Positions 45,201 to 58,657 of a DNA stretch of 64,000 nt are shown in pieces (position 1 is the first letter of the stretch; each line of letters begins with the position of its first letter). A program made the translations under genes and the position numbers. The DNA comes from Klebsormidium nitens (taxonomy: Eukaryota; Plantae; Klebsormidiophyceae). Location: assembly GCA_000708835.1 (NCBI GenBank), contig DF236968.1, forward strand, positions 248,001 to 312,000, given 5' to 3'. The notes below the pieces were generated by a model. The model was not told the origin of the DNA and ran no database searches. It was given only the letters and a program-made list of their open reading frames with translations.

Positions 45201-48200
45201 CTTGTGGTAGACGGACGAGAGCGTCGAGATGTTCCCCAGCAGCTCGTCCAGCAGCGACGGATCCAGCTGGTTGGAGTCGTCACTAATGACGGGCTTCTCC
45301 GCCAGGACGACATCTTTCGCGGCCTCGGGGTCGGTGGAGAGGAGCCGCCAGTAGACGTATGCGCGATCACGCAGATCGGGGTTATCGGTCTCCTGGGTCG
45401 CGTTGTTCAGAACCACCTGTGCAGGAAGAAAGTCGACTTGAGAAATATGCATAGCGGGCCGGGCCTTAGGCTTTCGTCCGGATCGGGGCGGCTTGAGAAA
45501 ACACTTCACGTGTTTGGGCGTAGTGAATCTCAGTCTTAATCAGTCGTTTCTGCGTTGCTCATCTTTGCGCTGCTACAAAGCCGGTCGAGATGCTAAAGTA
45601 CATGCACGCAGGCAGAGTAAACTCCTCATTGAAAACCTTCTTGACTCTTCAGAGAAGCATACTCAGAATTCGGGTCCACCCCTCACAAGGATCATCTGCT
45701 GCGGCCCCTCGGTGGGCTACGTTCGTCCTAACTTCGCCCGGCTATGGTTCAACCAGCCCTCCACACTACCGACCAACACAAATCATGTATAACACTATGT
45801 TAATTTATTTTAATTGCATTTCGGATGCGAAACCCGCCCTCACCTGGATCATTTGCTGCGGCCCCTCAATCCTCCATCCGTCTCAATCTCAAGTGTTCCG
45901 ACGGACGCAAATCATGTATATCACAATGTTGGTTCTTTTAAGAATTGCATGTCAGATACGGGCGCCGCCCTCACCTGGATCATTTGCTGCGGCCCCTCGG
46001 TCGGCTTCTTGAGGAAGAGCTTGACGGCAGCGGTCAGCAGCTGCAGCTGCACCTGTGCGGGCTCCTCGGGGAACGTCTCCAGGAACGACTCGAGCAGCTC
46101 GTCCGCGTTGTCGATGCGGTCCGCGTACTCGCCGATGATCCAGATCATGCTCGCCTTCGCCTCGGGCTCGTCGAGCGTGTCGAGCGACTCGCACAGGGTC
46201 GCGATGATGGACTCATACCTGGGATCTTGAAATGTCTTTTCGTTTGGTAGGGCCTGCTTATACAATCAATTTGTAACCGGGGGTCGACAACAGGAGAAGT
46301 TCACTACTGCGTCCAAACACTCGCCAACGAGTCGCCAACGAACCAGATTATGAATGTACTTTGCTTGGTCCTTGTTGCAGGTGCCGAGCAACACGCATAG
46401 AGGTGCACAAAGCGATTCGTAGCTTCAAGGGAAAGTAAAAGTCAACCACTGAACGACGCACAAAGAGGAGGTTTGTGCAAGCAACCGATGAGTGAAAACT
46501 TTGTCCAAGCCCAAGCGTTCCCGTAGTAACCTCTCGAAACCCCTGTGGACACGCAGAGCATACGAGCGGACCACGTGACAAAAGCTCTTCTATTCAAGTA
46601 GGACCGATCCTTCCCTTTTGCTGCTCTTCAAATCTAGTTCGTATCTGGTAAGACTGAGTTAATTACACTCACGTGTTGGGGTAGCGGCGGAAGATGTCCT
46701 TGATGACGATGATCGCCTCCTGCACGACGTAGTTGACCTTAATCTTGATCAGGTCCAACAGCACGTTGATGCACCGCTCCGCCGCGCGCTCCAGCTTGAT
46801 GGCGCACCGCCCAATGGCACGCACCGCCTTGCGCACGAAGTCCACGTCGACCTCGGTCGCGTACTCCTTGAACTCGAGAAGCACCTGGATAAGAATGGGA
46901 AGGAGTTTTTAGGATTTGAGAACGTGCGAACTGTTCAGGAAATGAAGGAGAAGCAAGCCTTAAGCTCTTAGCCTTTCAAAAACGAAGCAGAAAAAGCGTC
47001 CGGTAGGAGAGTGGAGCCCATCGAGATCATCCACAAACCCTCACTTGTGCAGAACTCGAATGCTGGATCCGAACCAGTGCACTTGTTCGATATAGCTTTC
47101 CACTAAAAGCTCGTGGCCTCCAGCTTCGATAGGATCACTAAAAGCCTCCGAACGCACCAAGCAAAGCACAAATGAGACCTGCAACGCTACCTCAGCGAAC
47201 AAAGCAAACAACGTCCGAGACATTGACTTCACAGGCTCCGCTACGCACCTGGTCGATGTTGCGGTCGGAGGCGAGCTTGATCATGATTTCCAGCTTCTCG
47301 AGCTTGACGTAGATGGGGTCGTTGTACTTGCAGAAGAAGACCTTGATCTCGTGCGCCAAGATCGTGGGCCGCTTCTGCACGATCAGGTTGATGTTGCGCA
47401 GCGCCACGTACTGGATCTCCGGCTCCGCGGAGAGGAGCGTCACCAGCGGGGGGGCCATCTTCTTCATCAGGTTGCGCACCACGTCTGCAGAGTGGATTGA
47501 GAAGCGGGTTGAGACAAGAAACGAGTGTCAATCGCCTGCTCAAAAGCGGCTGATCAGTGGGTAGTATTCGGAGGTCTTTCAGGCGCTGAGCGTAAGAGGG
47601 AGGAGTTCGTCAGGCTACGCACCATGAGCAGAGTTCTTGAGAAGTGGGGGTGAAGCCCTTGACGCCTGTCAAAGAAGGGCCTCAACAAATCACTCAGGAG
47701 CGTCAGTTCTTTACAAAAGTTCGAGAGAACCTGTCGCTCAACGGGCACCTCGTCAACAGAACAAGGGAGGTAGAAAATCAACGGGCAAAGGCGATCGGAC
47801 TCGCGATGACCCTTCCAGTCTATGTAGCTGAGTAGCAATCGTCACCGCATTGTCAAAAGCGTCTGGTAAGTAAGAGGGACTGCACACACAACAACCCACC
47901 TTCCGAGATCAAACGCTGAGCAGAACCGGCCGTACGCTTTGCCCCAGGCTCCCTGCACGGACAAGTTTCTAAAACTCCCCGCTAAACATACCTGTGCTCG
48001 TGATCAGCTCCAGCTGCTGCATGATGACCTTGACCGAGGACAGCACAACGGCGCAGTTGGCGTGCTGCAGGCGCGGCGTGACGCGCTCCACGATGCTCTC
48101 CGCGTCGCGGGCGTCCTTGGCCTTGTACCGGGAGAGCGAGTCAAGGATGAACACCTGGCCCCATCTGCAGAGTCAGAACGTCGAGCGTTACTGGGTTGCT

Positions 48201-51099
48201 TCTGAGGGCAGGCTATTGGGGATTGCCGTCTCTCAGTGTCCTTAAGTCGTGTCAAGAAGAGCGATGGAAACCTGGCCTGCCTGCACGGACTGATGAGAGC
48301 CACACAACGCACTTTTCGGCTTGCAATATTGCGATGCGGCGTAGTATTCGGAATGCACTGTGGCAGTGTCCATGGCTTAGACTTGGGAGAGCGAGTCCAA
48401 TAAGAACAACTCGCCCCCACCTGCGAGTCCAGAGTGTCCAACTTGGAAGCGAGTTTCATAGACTTGGATTGCAGTTGCTCTTCCTTTACTGTATCGAGTC
48501 TTCTTGCCCCTCTTGAGAAGCGTGAGGAATCTACAAATACTGGTCGTTTTTTGCTTGGAGGAAGCTGAATTCGCCGAGCTTCCTCACACATTGAAACGTC
48601 TCCGGCAACCAGCCAAGCACACCAAGTGAGTCACTCCTCAGATGCTCAGCCAGAAAAGTTGCAAAAAGCCTGCATTGAACCAAGACGTTAGCTGAGAACC
48701 TGATGCACAACAGGCATGGATAAAGATGAGCTGGATGTGCTGACTGCCCGCTCAAGTTGGATCGCTACGAAGTCGTGAAAAGTTGAGGTCAAGCACACTG
48801 GCAACTCGCAAAATCCCATTTCGGCGTGCCTTGCATCCAGCAAAAGGTTCAGTTCACAGTAGCCGTTCCCTCGATCAGAGATCCATCTTTGCAGATAGAA
48901 ACATGAATTCAAAAGCACAACTGGCGATCCGACTCACTCTGTGCACTCGTTCAGCGCCGCCAGCAGCTTGAAGAGCACGTTGGAGTTGAGATCGAAGATT
49001 AGCTTGGTCGTGCTCTCCTGGATCTCCGACAGCGCCGCCACTGCGTTCGCAACCACCATCGGGTTGCTGTCGGAGATAAGGTCCTTGAGCGTCTCAAGGA
49101 ACCCGCGGTCCTCAACCAGCTCGGGGTTGATGTCAAACAGCTTGGCCACGCAGATGGCAGCCGTCTTGCGCACATACGGGTCGTCATCCTGCGGGGGAAG
49201 CGGGGTTCTCAGGTCTGCAATCATGTATACTAAGGTACATTTCTCGAGAGTGCAAGATCTACGCAAGAATTTGCTTGTTGACAGAAACAGAGTGAATACA
49301 TTCAGGCGGAGGCCCTCCTGTGCATCTTTCAATTGTTGTGCTGTATGCTGCGATATCTGCTCCAGAAGGAAGGCTGATTGATGTGGTGGTTACAGGCTCT
49401 TAAAAACCAAACCGCTTTAATTTTCAAGGGGCTGGTGGCACAGCTTAGACCCACTGTTTTTGGTATGCCCTTTCGCAACAAGCAGCTAGATGCCCCCAGA
49501 ACCATGTTTGAAGGTTGACTCTCACGAGGAGCTAATGTTGCTGATTGCTGGTTCAAGTTCCTATTAGCTATGATCAGAGCCCCCAGCTGAAGAGTCGGAT
49601 CTATGATCAGACCTGAAAGCATAGCACTGCATTTGGTCCTCCACAATGAATCTGGAATGATTGCCAAAGCGCCTGAGGAGCGCCCAGTCGAATTCCTCTC
49701 AGCACCACATGTCATAATCTTTCTGCCTCAGCCCCTCTGCGGCCTTCAGCCCCATCATCCTCAGCCAGCTTGCTTGTGCAATCCTTCAGCTGCTGCACTA
49801 ATACCTGCTCTCCCAGAGAACCGCTGATTCCGTTTGCTACATTGCCCTTCAACACTGTCTCACCTTCAGACACTTCTGCAGGGGATCGCACAAGTACTCG
49901 GTGATCTTGTCAACGCGGATGCAGCCCATTGTGCGCACGGCCAACGCACGGATCAAGGGGTTGGGGTCTTGCGAATCCTGCGTGCAGAAGCGGACTTCTG
50001 TTATTGATCTTCAACAGCTGCTTCGAAAGTACTTGCACCTCAACGACCAATTCCCAGCCTCTGAAGCCTTGCTGCCCTCTCTAAGCTCAGTTGTCAAAAG
50101 GATCATCTGCAGTTTGCAACTGATGGGTACACTCCACCGGAACCGAATTGCTGCAGACCGGAACCGAATTGCCGCAGATTAGAACCTAGAGCCATGGACT
50201 GCCTGATCCTCCACGCCTTATTCCCGCAGCTGACTGTTAAGGCGCCATGCTGCTTGAAGATCCAATGCGAACCCTAGAATCGGACCGTCTAAGAAGCTGG
50301 CCATATGATCTTATGGTGCAGCTTTTCAGTCCGCTCACAATTCAGTTCTGTGATATACCTTGACAAACGTGTTCACCGCCAGGATTGCCAAATCTGGCTG
50401 GCTCTTTGCATAGTTGATCAGGTACAGGTACACCAGCTTCTTGAGCTCCAAATTCTCTGTTTGCATACAGTTCACGACGTCCGTGAACAGCATGGAGACG
50501 TCCTTTCCCACAGTCATGGCTGCAATGACCTTCTTCACCGCATCCTTCTTCTTGTCCTGCAGGAGGTTGGGATGTCCAGATGGGTTGAAACTAGGCTGAG
50601 CTTAGAGGTGTTAGCAAAAAGGGCAGCAAATTGCCAGGGCCAGCTCAATTGCTTGCATACGCAAATGGCAACTTCCGAGGTCAACTTCCGCTTGCTAATG
50701 CTAGGGACTGCAAGCTGAATCAATATGAATTCTGAAAGCTCTTGGAAGTGATTTGCAATTTGTAGAGCATTGAGTCGGCATCAATACATTATGCTGAAAA
50801 TTTTGTAAGATTGCAGGGGCAATGCAATCAGCGCAGGGCTAACGGAAAGATGAAGGCGCTCATTGTATACATGTGGCAAGTCAGTGAAGACAGTACAGTC
50901 TCACAAGCGCCCAAAGCAGAAAATAGGGTTAGGTCATCGCAGAACGTACACGCTTGTGCAACACAAGTAGCTTTAAATCAGCAGTTGTGCTGCTACAAAA
51001 CAATTGGCTCACCTTGAACTGTGAATTCAACTCCTCTTTTAGCTCGTGGATCTCTCCCTTTTTCGTGGTGGTAAAGTACTTGGAATCGTGGCCGCTCAT
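42282..51099 (-). CDS. AP1B1: Beta-adaptin (beta subunit of the AP-1/AP-2 clathrin adaptor complexes), 13 exons
   Basis: Exons 51099-51013, 50556-50359, 49977-49864, 49188-48938, 48164-47992, 47484-47249, 46884-46673, 46218-45975, 45416-45192, 44548-44446, 44203-43890, 43379-43140, 42560-42282. Starts [26 protein letters not shown]. Trunk motifs: [78 protein letters not shown]. Hinge contains [10 protein letters not shown]; appendage domain at the C-terminus. Confidence 0.97.
42745..43200 (-). repeat. Copies of beta-adaptin exon 12 3' end plus donor site (period about 158 bp)
   Basis: Functional ctcac-ctcgttggagtcgggcagcgac at 43135, a close copy at 42977, a degenerate copy at about 42818, and a remnant at about 42745. 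Confidence 0.85.
45675..46010 (-). repeat. Copies of beta-adaptin exon 8 3' end plus donor site
   Basis: cgccctcac-ctggatcatttgctgcggcccctc occurs at about 45966 (functional), 45835 and 45678. The intervening intron segments (caaatcatgtat...aattgcat) are also duplicated. Confidence 0.9.
50136..50177. repeat. 21-bp tandem duplication in beta-adaptin intron 2
   Basis: accggaaccgaattgc(t/c)gcag x2. Confidence 0.9.
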
Positions 51100-53217
51100 C
51101 TTTGCAGTAGAGGTACCAGACAGGGGGCTTCCCTCTGATTGATATGTTCAACTCTGTGGATCCTCAAGCTGACGATGCTGCAGCTCCTCAGCGAAGCGCC
51201 ACCACTCCCTGAGCCTATTAGGAAGCCCTTTCACTACGTAAAATTGCAGCTTGTTGCTGCCCGACGTGCTGCCCGATTGTGATCCAGAACGGAGATATGG
51301 TATGACCGGAAGTCTGCAACCGTCTTCCCAAAATCGTCAGCGCCGTTTTACACCCGGCTGCCAGAGGGACGCTGCCAGGCTTCAGACGGTGGAATTGCAT
51401 GTAGGTAGTGTGAACTGACCCGGAATCACATTCTTGAGCTTGACGTCAGCATGAATCTTGGCAGAGCTGAGAGCGAGCCGCAAATGGTGTGCAGAACTCG
51501 CTTGCTGGCCGCTCCTTCTCTCCAGTTCTTTGAACATTACTCCATGTCAACTGTAGTAGGTATCGTCATCTGAATGGAGTCCTCCCCCTACTTCGAAACC
51601 TGGAGTTCCAAAGCTAAAGACATCTTCTTTCACAGGCTGCCCCTGCCTTCTCTGTATCCTCCACTTCTTTGCCCCATCGTGCTGCCACTGCTCTGCATTA
51701 CGCCATCCCTGCCAGCCTGAGTGCCCTGTGGCTTGTGTCCCAAACTTGCCCCGTTGTGGCGACCAAACCGGGTATGTGCATGTAAGCCCGGAGCCATGCA
51801 ACGGCTGGGCTGGGACTCTGGAGAGGACAAGCATGACATTTCTCTGCGTGACCAACCGCTAAAAGCGTCTGGTTACACCCTTTAGGACTTTCAGAGGTGA
51901 GCTGCAACCGGTCTTGTCCAGAAAGCTGGCTCTGCAGGCTTGGTTCCTAAGGGGCTTTGCGAGTCTTGGGCCTGACATCATGGTCCTCTGAGGCAACTGC
52001 TCAAGTTGCAAATGGCAGCATTGTGAAGTCTGTTGCCCTCAATGCTGGAGGCCAGCTGCATTTACTGCAAAAAGGGACTCTGAAGGGGGCAATGCAGCAT
52101 TGGCTGCCAAGATGTGATAACCTCTTCCAGTCCTGATAGCATGTGGTGTTTTGGGTGTCCACCATCGCCTTATCTGCTCAGCCATTGCTTTCTGATATCT
52201 TGCTACGAGAAGAGTGTATTCCAGCATTGCACATCCAGTTGCACTTTTATTCAACGACATAGGATCACCTTCCTATTTCCCAAGGTGCAATCAGCAAGCT
52301 GAGGATAACCAACCGGAGGCCGTTGAGTTCTAATCTTGGCTTGTCACCCAGAAATAGTTCTGATGTTTGGTTTCCACTTTGTGTCCCTGCCAACCGGAAG
52401 CAAACAGGGCGTTGTGCAGGCTTTCAACTGAAGCAGTTGAAGTGGTTTCAAAGCCTTGCAGTATTGGCACTGCAACACATCTTCTTCAAAGAATGCTACT
52501 TCCAGAAATGTGGAACAATGTAGGAAGGAAGACTTAGGGACTTCTCCTTATCAATCTATGATGAAAGTCGTCTGTGCAAGGGTTTCTCTTCTTCGTGTTC
52601 TGGCACCCACATCGAGCCTGACACAACCTTCCACTGCCCCTGGTCCCACAAGGCATATGAAACATATGGCAGGTTCTTTTCACTTTTTGCCGAGTGGTTC
52701 CATCAACTTTGTCATTGTTGAAGTACCAGTGAAGTGATTCTTCGTTCTGTAATTTTGAGCCAAGCACATACTTCCCTGTCCTAACGAGTTGCTCATGTAG
52801 GGGTAGTAGGCCAAACATCCATTGAACAAGAGCAGAGGCATAAAGTTTCAAGGTGACTCGGGAGAATCCTATGTCTGCTAAAGCTGTCTGACAATTCTCC
52901 AAGGACCCGGTTCTTCTCCAGTATCACAGCCACCTTTTTATGTTTAATGTCCCTTTCCAGAAAGTTGCTCATGAGGAACCTCTACCCAACGTTGCATTCG
53001 CCCTGGAAGAGAACACTGAAAGTACCTTCAGGGAGCACGTAGCTGTAGGAAGAAGAAAAAGATGACGTACTGACATGTATCCCTGTTCCTGATGACACAG
53101 CTCTTTCTCCTTTCCAGACAGCAGCTGAACTATAAGCAGCCATCCTTCTACCAACAAGTAAGATCGACCACTGAAAGCTATCAAGGGGGCCGCAGAAAAT
53201 TGGGCGGAGGAGGAAGC

Positions 53218-56200
53218 ATGGGCAAGCTGTTCATCATCCAGTTGGACGGCCGGATCTACAGCTGCCGTAACTGCCGGAGTCATCTGGCCAAGAGCGAGGA
53301 GCTAGTGTCGCGGGTGAGAGACCCTGCTCCACCAATCCCGCATCGTGTCACACTTGGACGTATACTTGAACTTGGATTGAAGACAATTGAAAGACCTGAC
53401 AAAAATAAAGCAATGGCTATGGTGGCTGAAAGTTGGTTGGAAGCAAGTCGGGGGGAGGGTTGAACCCAACCCTTCCTGTCTACAGGGGGCCCTGCATATG
53501 ACAATTCTATCTGGGCCTTAATCATTCGACTGGTACGTCTTGTTGAAACACTGCCTCGGTGGTCAACGATCGAAAGCTTGCCGCGCTACTGCTCAGAGAA
53601 TTGAGTGCCCCTTCAAGCTCGAACTTTGGGTTGATAGTGGTCTTGACATTCTGGATTTGCTGATACCTTGCAAAGCAGCGCCGCAATTGTAAGCAGATGT
53701 CCCTTCTTTGATGAAAGATTCAACCAGGCAATGACAAAAGTCTCGACAGCCATAAGAAGGCAAAAAGCGTTTCGAATGACGCTGGACGAGGCTTTCGAAT
53801 CGATCTGGGACTGGATAGATCGTCTCCAATGATCCTCGTCTTACAACTGTGTCTCTCTGGAATGGGCAGTTTTGTGGAGTTTTGTTCATTAGAAGTGCCT
53901 TATCATCGGATAAATGGGGTTGCTTGACGTTTTAATCCCAACGCTCTACATCTTTCCTCTCACTCTTGAAGCAGAGCCTATCTCTTCGGTCTTCCCCTCT
54001 TCCTTTTCGTTTGAGATTTGTCGATCTCTGACCCAAGCATGATCTTTGAAGCGAATTTGGCGCTGCTCCTATCTGATCCGGCTTGGAGATCCTGGAGATG
54101 CAAACTCTTGATAAAAGACGAAAGGCAGAGCTCCAAATGAACGGCCACAAACATGCGGTGTTCATCCTGCCGAGCACGGTTGCTCCAGCTTGTGGCAAGC
54201 ACTTCGGAAACGCACTTGAGTAACGAGGATTCGATCATCCGACTGCCAGTTTAGTCTGTCCGTTGGAGCTGAAGCTAGCATAACCTTTTGACAGCTGTCT
54301 CGCAGGCTTTTCCCGCAGCTAACAAGGACAGAATCGGGCTTGATATGCCGCTCGAAATCCCCGGTCCGTGTAAATGCCTCCGATCAAGGCGTTGTAAATC
54401 CGTGCACATCGAGAAAAACGGTTCACATGGCCTTTAATGCTGATCACGACGGATGTGATTTGAATGTAGTGATCAGGAGTGGGATAATCTGTTACATTTC
54501 CATCTTTCTCCCCCGTGGTTCCGACGGACCATTAAAAGGAGTTGATGCGATCTGCTTTTAGTTGGTCAAATGGACCTTTCACCTCTATCATCACCAGCTT
54601 TCGATAGCCCATTTGCCTCGTCGAAACCTTACAACTGCGATAAGTTTTGAGGCAACCGGGCAAGGATAAAAGCCCTGAGACTTCACTTTCATTGGAGGTT
54701 TTCGTGCCTTTGACGCCCGGAATGAACTTGAGAGGGTCTGAGCTTTTTCATATACTTCAATGAAGTAAGTGCAAGTTCTGAAATTGTTTGCAGTCCTTGC
54801 ACATTTTACTGCCAAATAAACGAAGTCAACCGAGACACGTTTTCAAGCATCTTAGGCCACTCCTCAGATCACTTCCACGCGCGAGAAACTATGTTCGTTT
54901 GGTCGTCACTTGTTGCGCCTTGTACTCAAAGCCGTACTTTCCTTCTGTCTGCAGTCGTTCCATTGCCGAAACGGGAAGGCCTACCTCTTCAACAGCGTGT
55001 GAGCGACTCGCTTCCTTCCTCGTTTCAACCTCCATCGGCCAGCTTCTCAATTCCTGCGGTTGATGAACACCAAACTTGCCGCACAGGGGGTCCGTTGGAG
55101 AGACTCCGCAATCCGTTCTGGAAGGACTGTTGTTCGTTACAGTCTGCTTGAATCCTGATGGTTATAATCGAGGGCCCTGCAAAGAGATTCGCTTGGGCAC
55201 AAGAGTCGACCCTTGTTCGCTTGATTCAAACTTCGTAGTGCCAAGGAGTAATGGTCGTTCTGGCACCGATGGTGACACTTGCCGCCCTCCGGCACAGCCA
55301 CAAACCCCAAAGCCCGAATCAGCTTACAAAGCTCAAATTCGAGCATTCGAGCAATTCACATCGTGGACTTCGAAGCGTCAAACATAGCGTCCGAGTCTTT
55401 CTGATCAGCGCTGGATTTGTCGGTTAAGCCTTTTCCGCTTCAACAGTTGACAAGCGTCGAAATGGTCAAAAAGGCCGTCCGAGAGCTCAAACGAGCAATC
55501 ATCACTGAGAGTGACTGCGCGCGCGCTTTTGCAGTGTGAATGTGAGCGTGGGGCCGTTGGAGGACCGCCAGATGACGACCGGGCGCCACACGGTCGCCGA
55601 CATCTACTGCAACTGCTGCCAACAAGTCGTTGGCTGGAAATACGTACGTCGACTCTGAAATCTCTCCTCTTGAAAGTTGTGTGCAGCCTGTTGAACCGTG
55701 CATCAGTCCTCGAGAAAGAGTGGGCCCCTTATGCTCTTTAGTCATTTGTATAAGTGAAATACAGGTGTGGTAGGTCGTTCGCTTGCCAGCCGTCCAAACA
55801 GTCCATCCTGTCAGTATCCAATGGTGAGCATTGAAAGGTGTCATTTAAGGAAGGCGTTCTCAGAGCGTCAGACATACCAAATCATGATGCTTCGTTACAA
55901 CCCGAGAAGCGTCGGCATGATTTTACGCAGCCTCGATTGCTCGGACCTTTCTTGAGATGCTAAGTGAAACGCCAAAGTCGCAAAACCGTTTACCGATGCT
56001 GTCGGGCGTATTTCTGACCGTTTTCGATTCGATACATTCTGAGCGGCAAACTCGACGAGGATTCGGACAGCTTTTGACTCCATCGGTAGGCGGTCGCCCT
56101 TCTCGTTTAGAAGGTCTGAGCAGCCGCCTTTGACCTGCAGGAAGCGGCATACGAGAAGAGTCAAAAGTACAAGGAGGGGAAATACATTCTGGAGAGGTGG

Positions 56201-56850
56201 GCTATCATTTATGCCCCTTCACTCATTCCTGTGAAGTTCAGACTTTCCGTCGCGGCCTATTATTGCCCGAGGAGATCCTTGCCCCTGTGATTACGAGGAG
56301 GGCTTGCAGACTTGTCTCAGGAACGTGAAGTCACTGGTATTTGTCTCGAAGGATGTTGCGTCTTTATTTGTCTAACAAACGAGTTTCGAGATATCGACCG
56401 TTCTGCTCGTGGAGAGTGTCTCTAAGAGGAGGAAAAACAGTTGAGATGGGAGGATCTTGCCCCAGGAATTTGCATTCTTGCTGGGGCCTCGCTTTGTTGG
56501 GCCAGCTCACAGGTCAAGAGTTCAAAGCGTTGCTGTCCCATTCTGAAAACGGAAGGAGCGACTTTCTGAAGCTACGAAGCATGCCATGAGAAATTGCGTC
56601 TCGAGTGGTTCAGGGTCACACATCCATCCATCAGCCAAAGCCGGATCTGAACCTAGTTTTCGAAGGCAGCATGTTTGTGAGGCAGGCGAATAAGGAGGAC
56701 TGCAATGTTTCATGTCAGCTGTCGTAACGAGCTGACATCCATCTGTGATTGACCGCTTCGCTCAGGGGAAAGATGATCGACGTCGACAGTTCCAATGACT
56801 TCTTCGTAGAGTCGCATCCGGCTCTAAGCGACCCGGAAGACGGGGGGTAA
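53218..56850 (+). CDS. YPEL: Yippee-like (YPEL) zinc-binding protein, 5 exons
   Basis: Exons 53218-53313, 54955-54998, 55535-55643, 56141-56196, 56766-56850. Translation: [105 protein letters not shown]. Two CxxC pairs. Confidence 0.95.
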
Positions 56851-58657
56851 TTGACTCGTGCGCGGGTATCGACTGCACCGCTTTGTACAGATTGTAGGAT
56901 TTAGGAATTAGCAGAAGGTGGTTTGTACATAAAAGGAAAAAGAGGAAAGGGGTGTCGTATCATCCGAGGAATGATACAATTCTTCGGCTGTTTTAGGAAG
57001 CAGTCGTGTCAACGTCATCTCCAAGAGCACGCACGCCTCATAGTCACGGTCCTCCGTTGTGCTCATGAAATCGGTAGGAATCAGCATCGACTTTTGAACG
57101 TAGATTTGGAAGTCTGAGCCCTGTACGTAAATGGACACACTTGATTTCACGAGAAGCCACAGAACTCTAATGGATCCGCTGAGCTCTCGGATGCCTGAAC
57201 TTGCTGTGTATAGTGCAGCCGGATAGGGCCTTCTTGAACCCCGCTCTGGCTTCCTTGAGGTCACACAAGAGACCGTGCAGAGAAGTCAAAGCATGCACCT
57301 GGCATGCGCATTCTTGTACTCATACTTTCAAGTACGTCTAAGGATTCCAATTCAATCTTTTGACAGTTGCGTTACTCGTAAGGTTTTTCCGTGCAGTCTT
57401 TACAACAATTCTTCAATCATACGTACATCCTTAAGTATAGTACACGTGCATTTATGACGTTCAAGGTCCGCCACAAGGAGATTGTTGCAGTGCTTGCCCT
57501 ATATTAATTTAGTACATCCAGGTTGGGCAGAGGAAAAAATAAATCTATGATTTCACATATGCCGAGGTGCCGCGAGAACCACGATATGGCCACTGCAACT
57601 ATAATGGCGGAATAGAGTACCCGGAAGTTCCCGCGCGTTTTGGCATGCCATTTTTCCGAAATGTTCAACGCAAAGACAGTCTCCTAATACATTGTTTGTG
57701 GTTCAAGTGGATACTTGAATGAATGCTTGAATGGCTGGGGTTGTATTACATCCTTTCTCAAGTAAGTACCTACAGTAGCTCTCCTCCCTGAGTGGGGACC
57801 AGATGACCGTACTGTGCTTCAAATGATGACCGCCCAGGTGCCAAGCGCTGCCGAGTCGACTCGGCCGATGCCCAGATGGAGGTCCGAGCGGCGAGAACCG
57901 ACCAGGTCGGAATCGGCGCGATTCCCGGATTGGTCCAACCCACCGGCCGACCGACGACAAAGATTGGAGTCATCAGTAGACTCTGTATTAAATTCGATAT
58001 TTCAACCGGTCAGTTCGTTGAAACTTGATAATGCATGCAGCATTAAAGACCGTATGCCACGTCATCCACTCGGGATTCGGCCGGAGAACGTGCGGGCACT
58101 CATGAACTTCAAGAGTCGCACTTCAACGGCCAGCCAGCAATTGAGCGAGGCATAGGGAGTAGGTACGTACCTTACTTACGGCACCTAGACCCCGTGAGCA
58201 GTCTGTAATGCTGGTACGGTACGTACTTATCCACAGTACCACCTACCGACCGTAGTACCTAGTACAGTCCCAGGCAGCATGCTGACAGTACGATTGCAAC
58301 GTTCAGAAAGCCAGCATACTCCAGTCCCGACTCTGGCTACGGTAAACAGTACTCAGTAGTAACACTGAACCGTTTTGTCGCTGCATCTTCACCATCTCAG
58401 CATTTGGGGTTACACAGTAGCCTTGACAGTACCTACTAGCAAAGCTGCAAAAGCAATTGATCTGGGTCTTCGGTAGAAACTTTGCATTTGGTCCAAAGCT
58501 CAGTTTGCAAAGCCCAACGCAGTGAAAAGTTGCAGCTCATAATCTGCTTTGAGCTTGAAAGGCAAAAGGTAAGCAGGCTGACTGCTAGCGCAGGATCGAC
58601 GCTATCAACGGCGGGACAGTTCGCGCAACAACTTCTTCTCGCAGCTCACAGCTGTCA

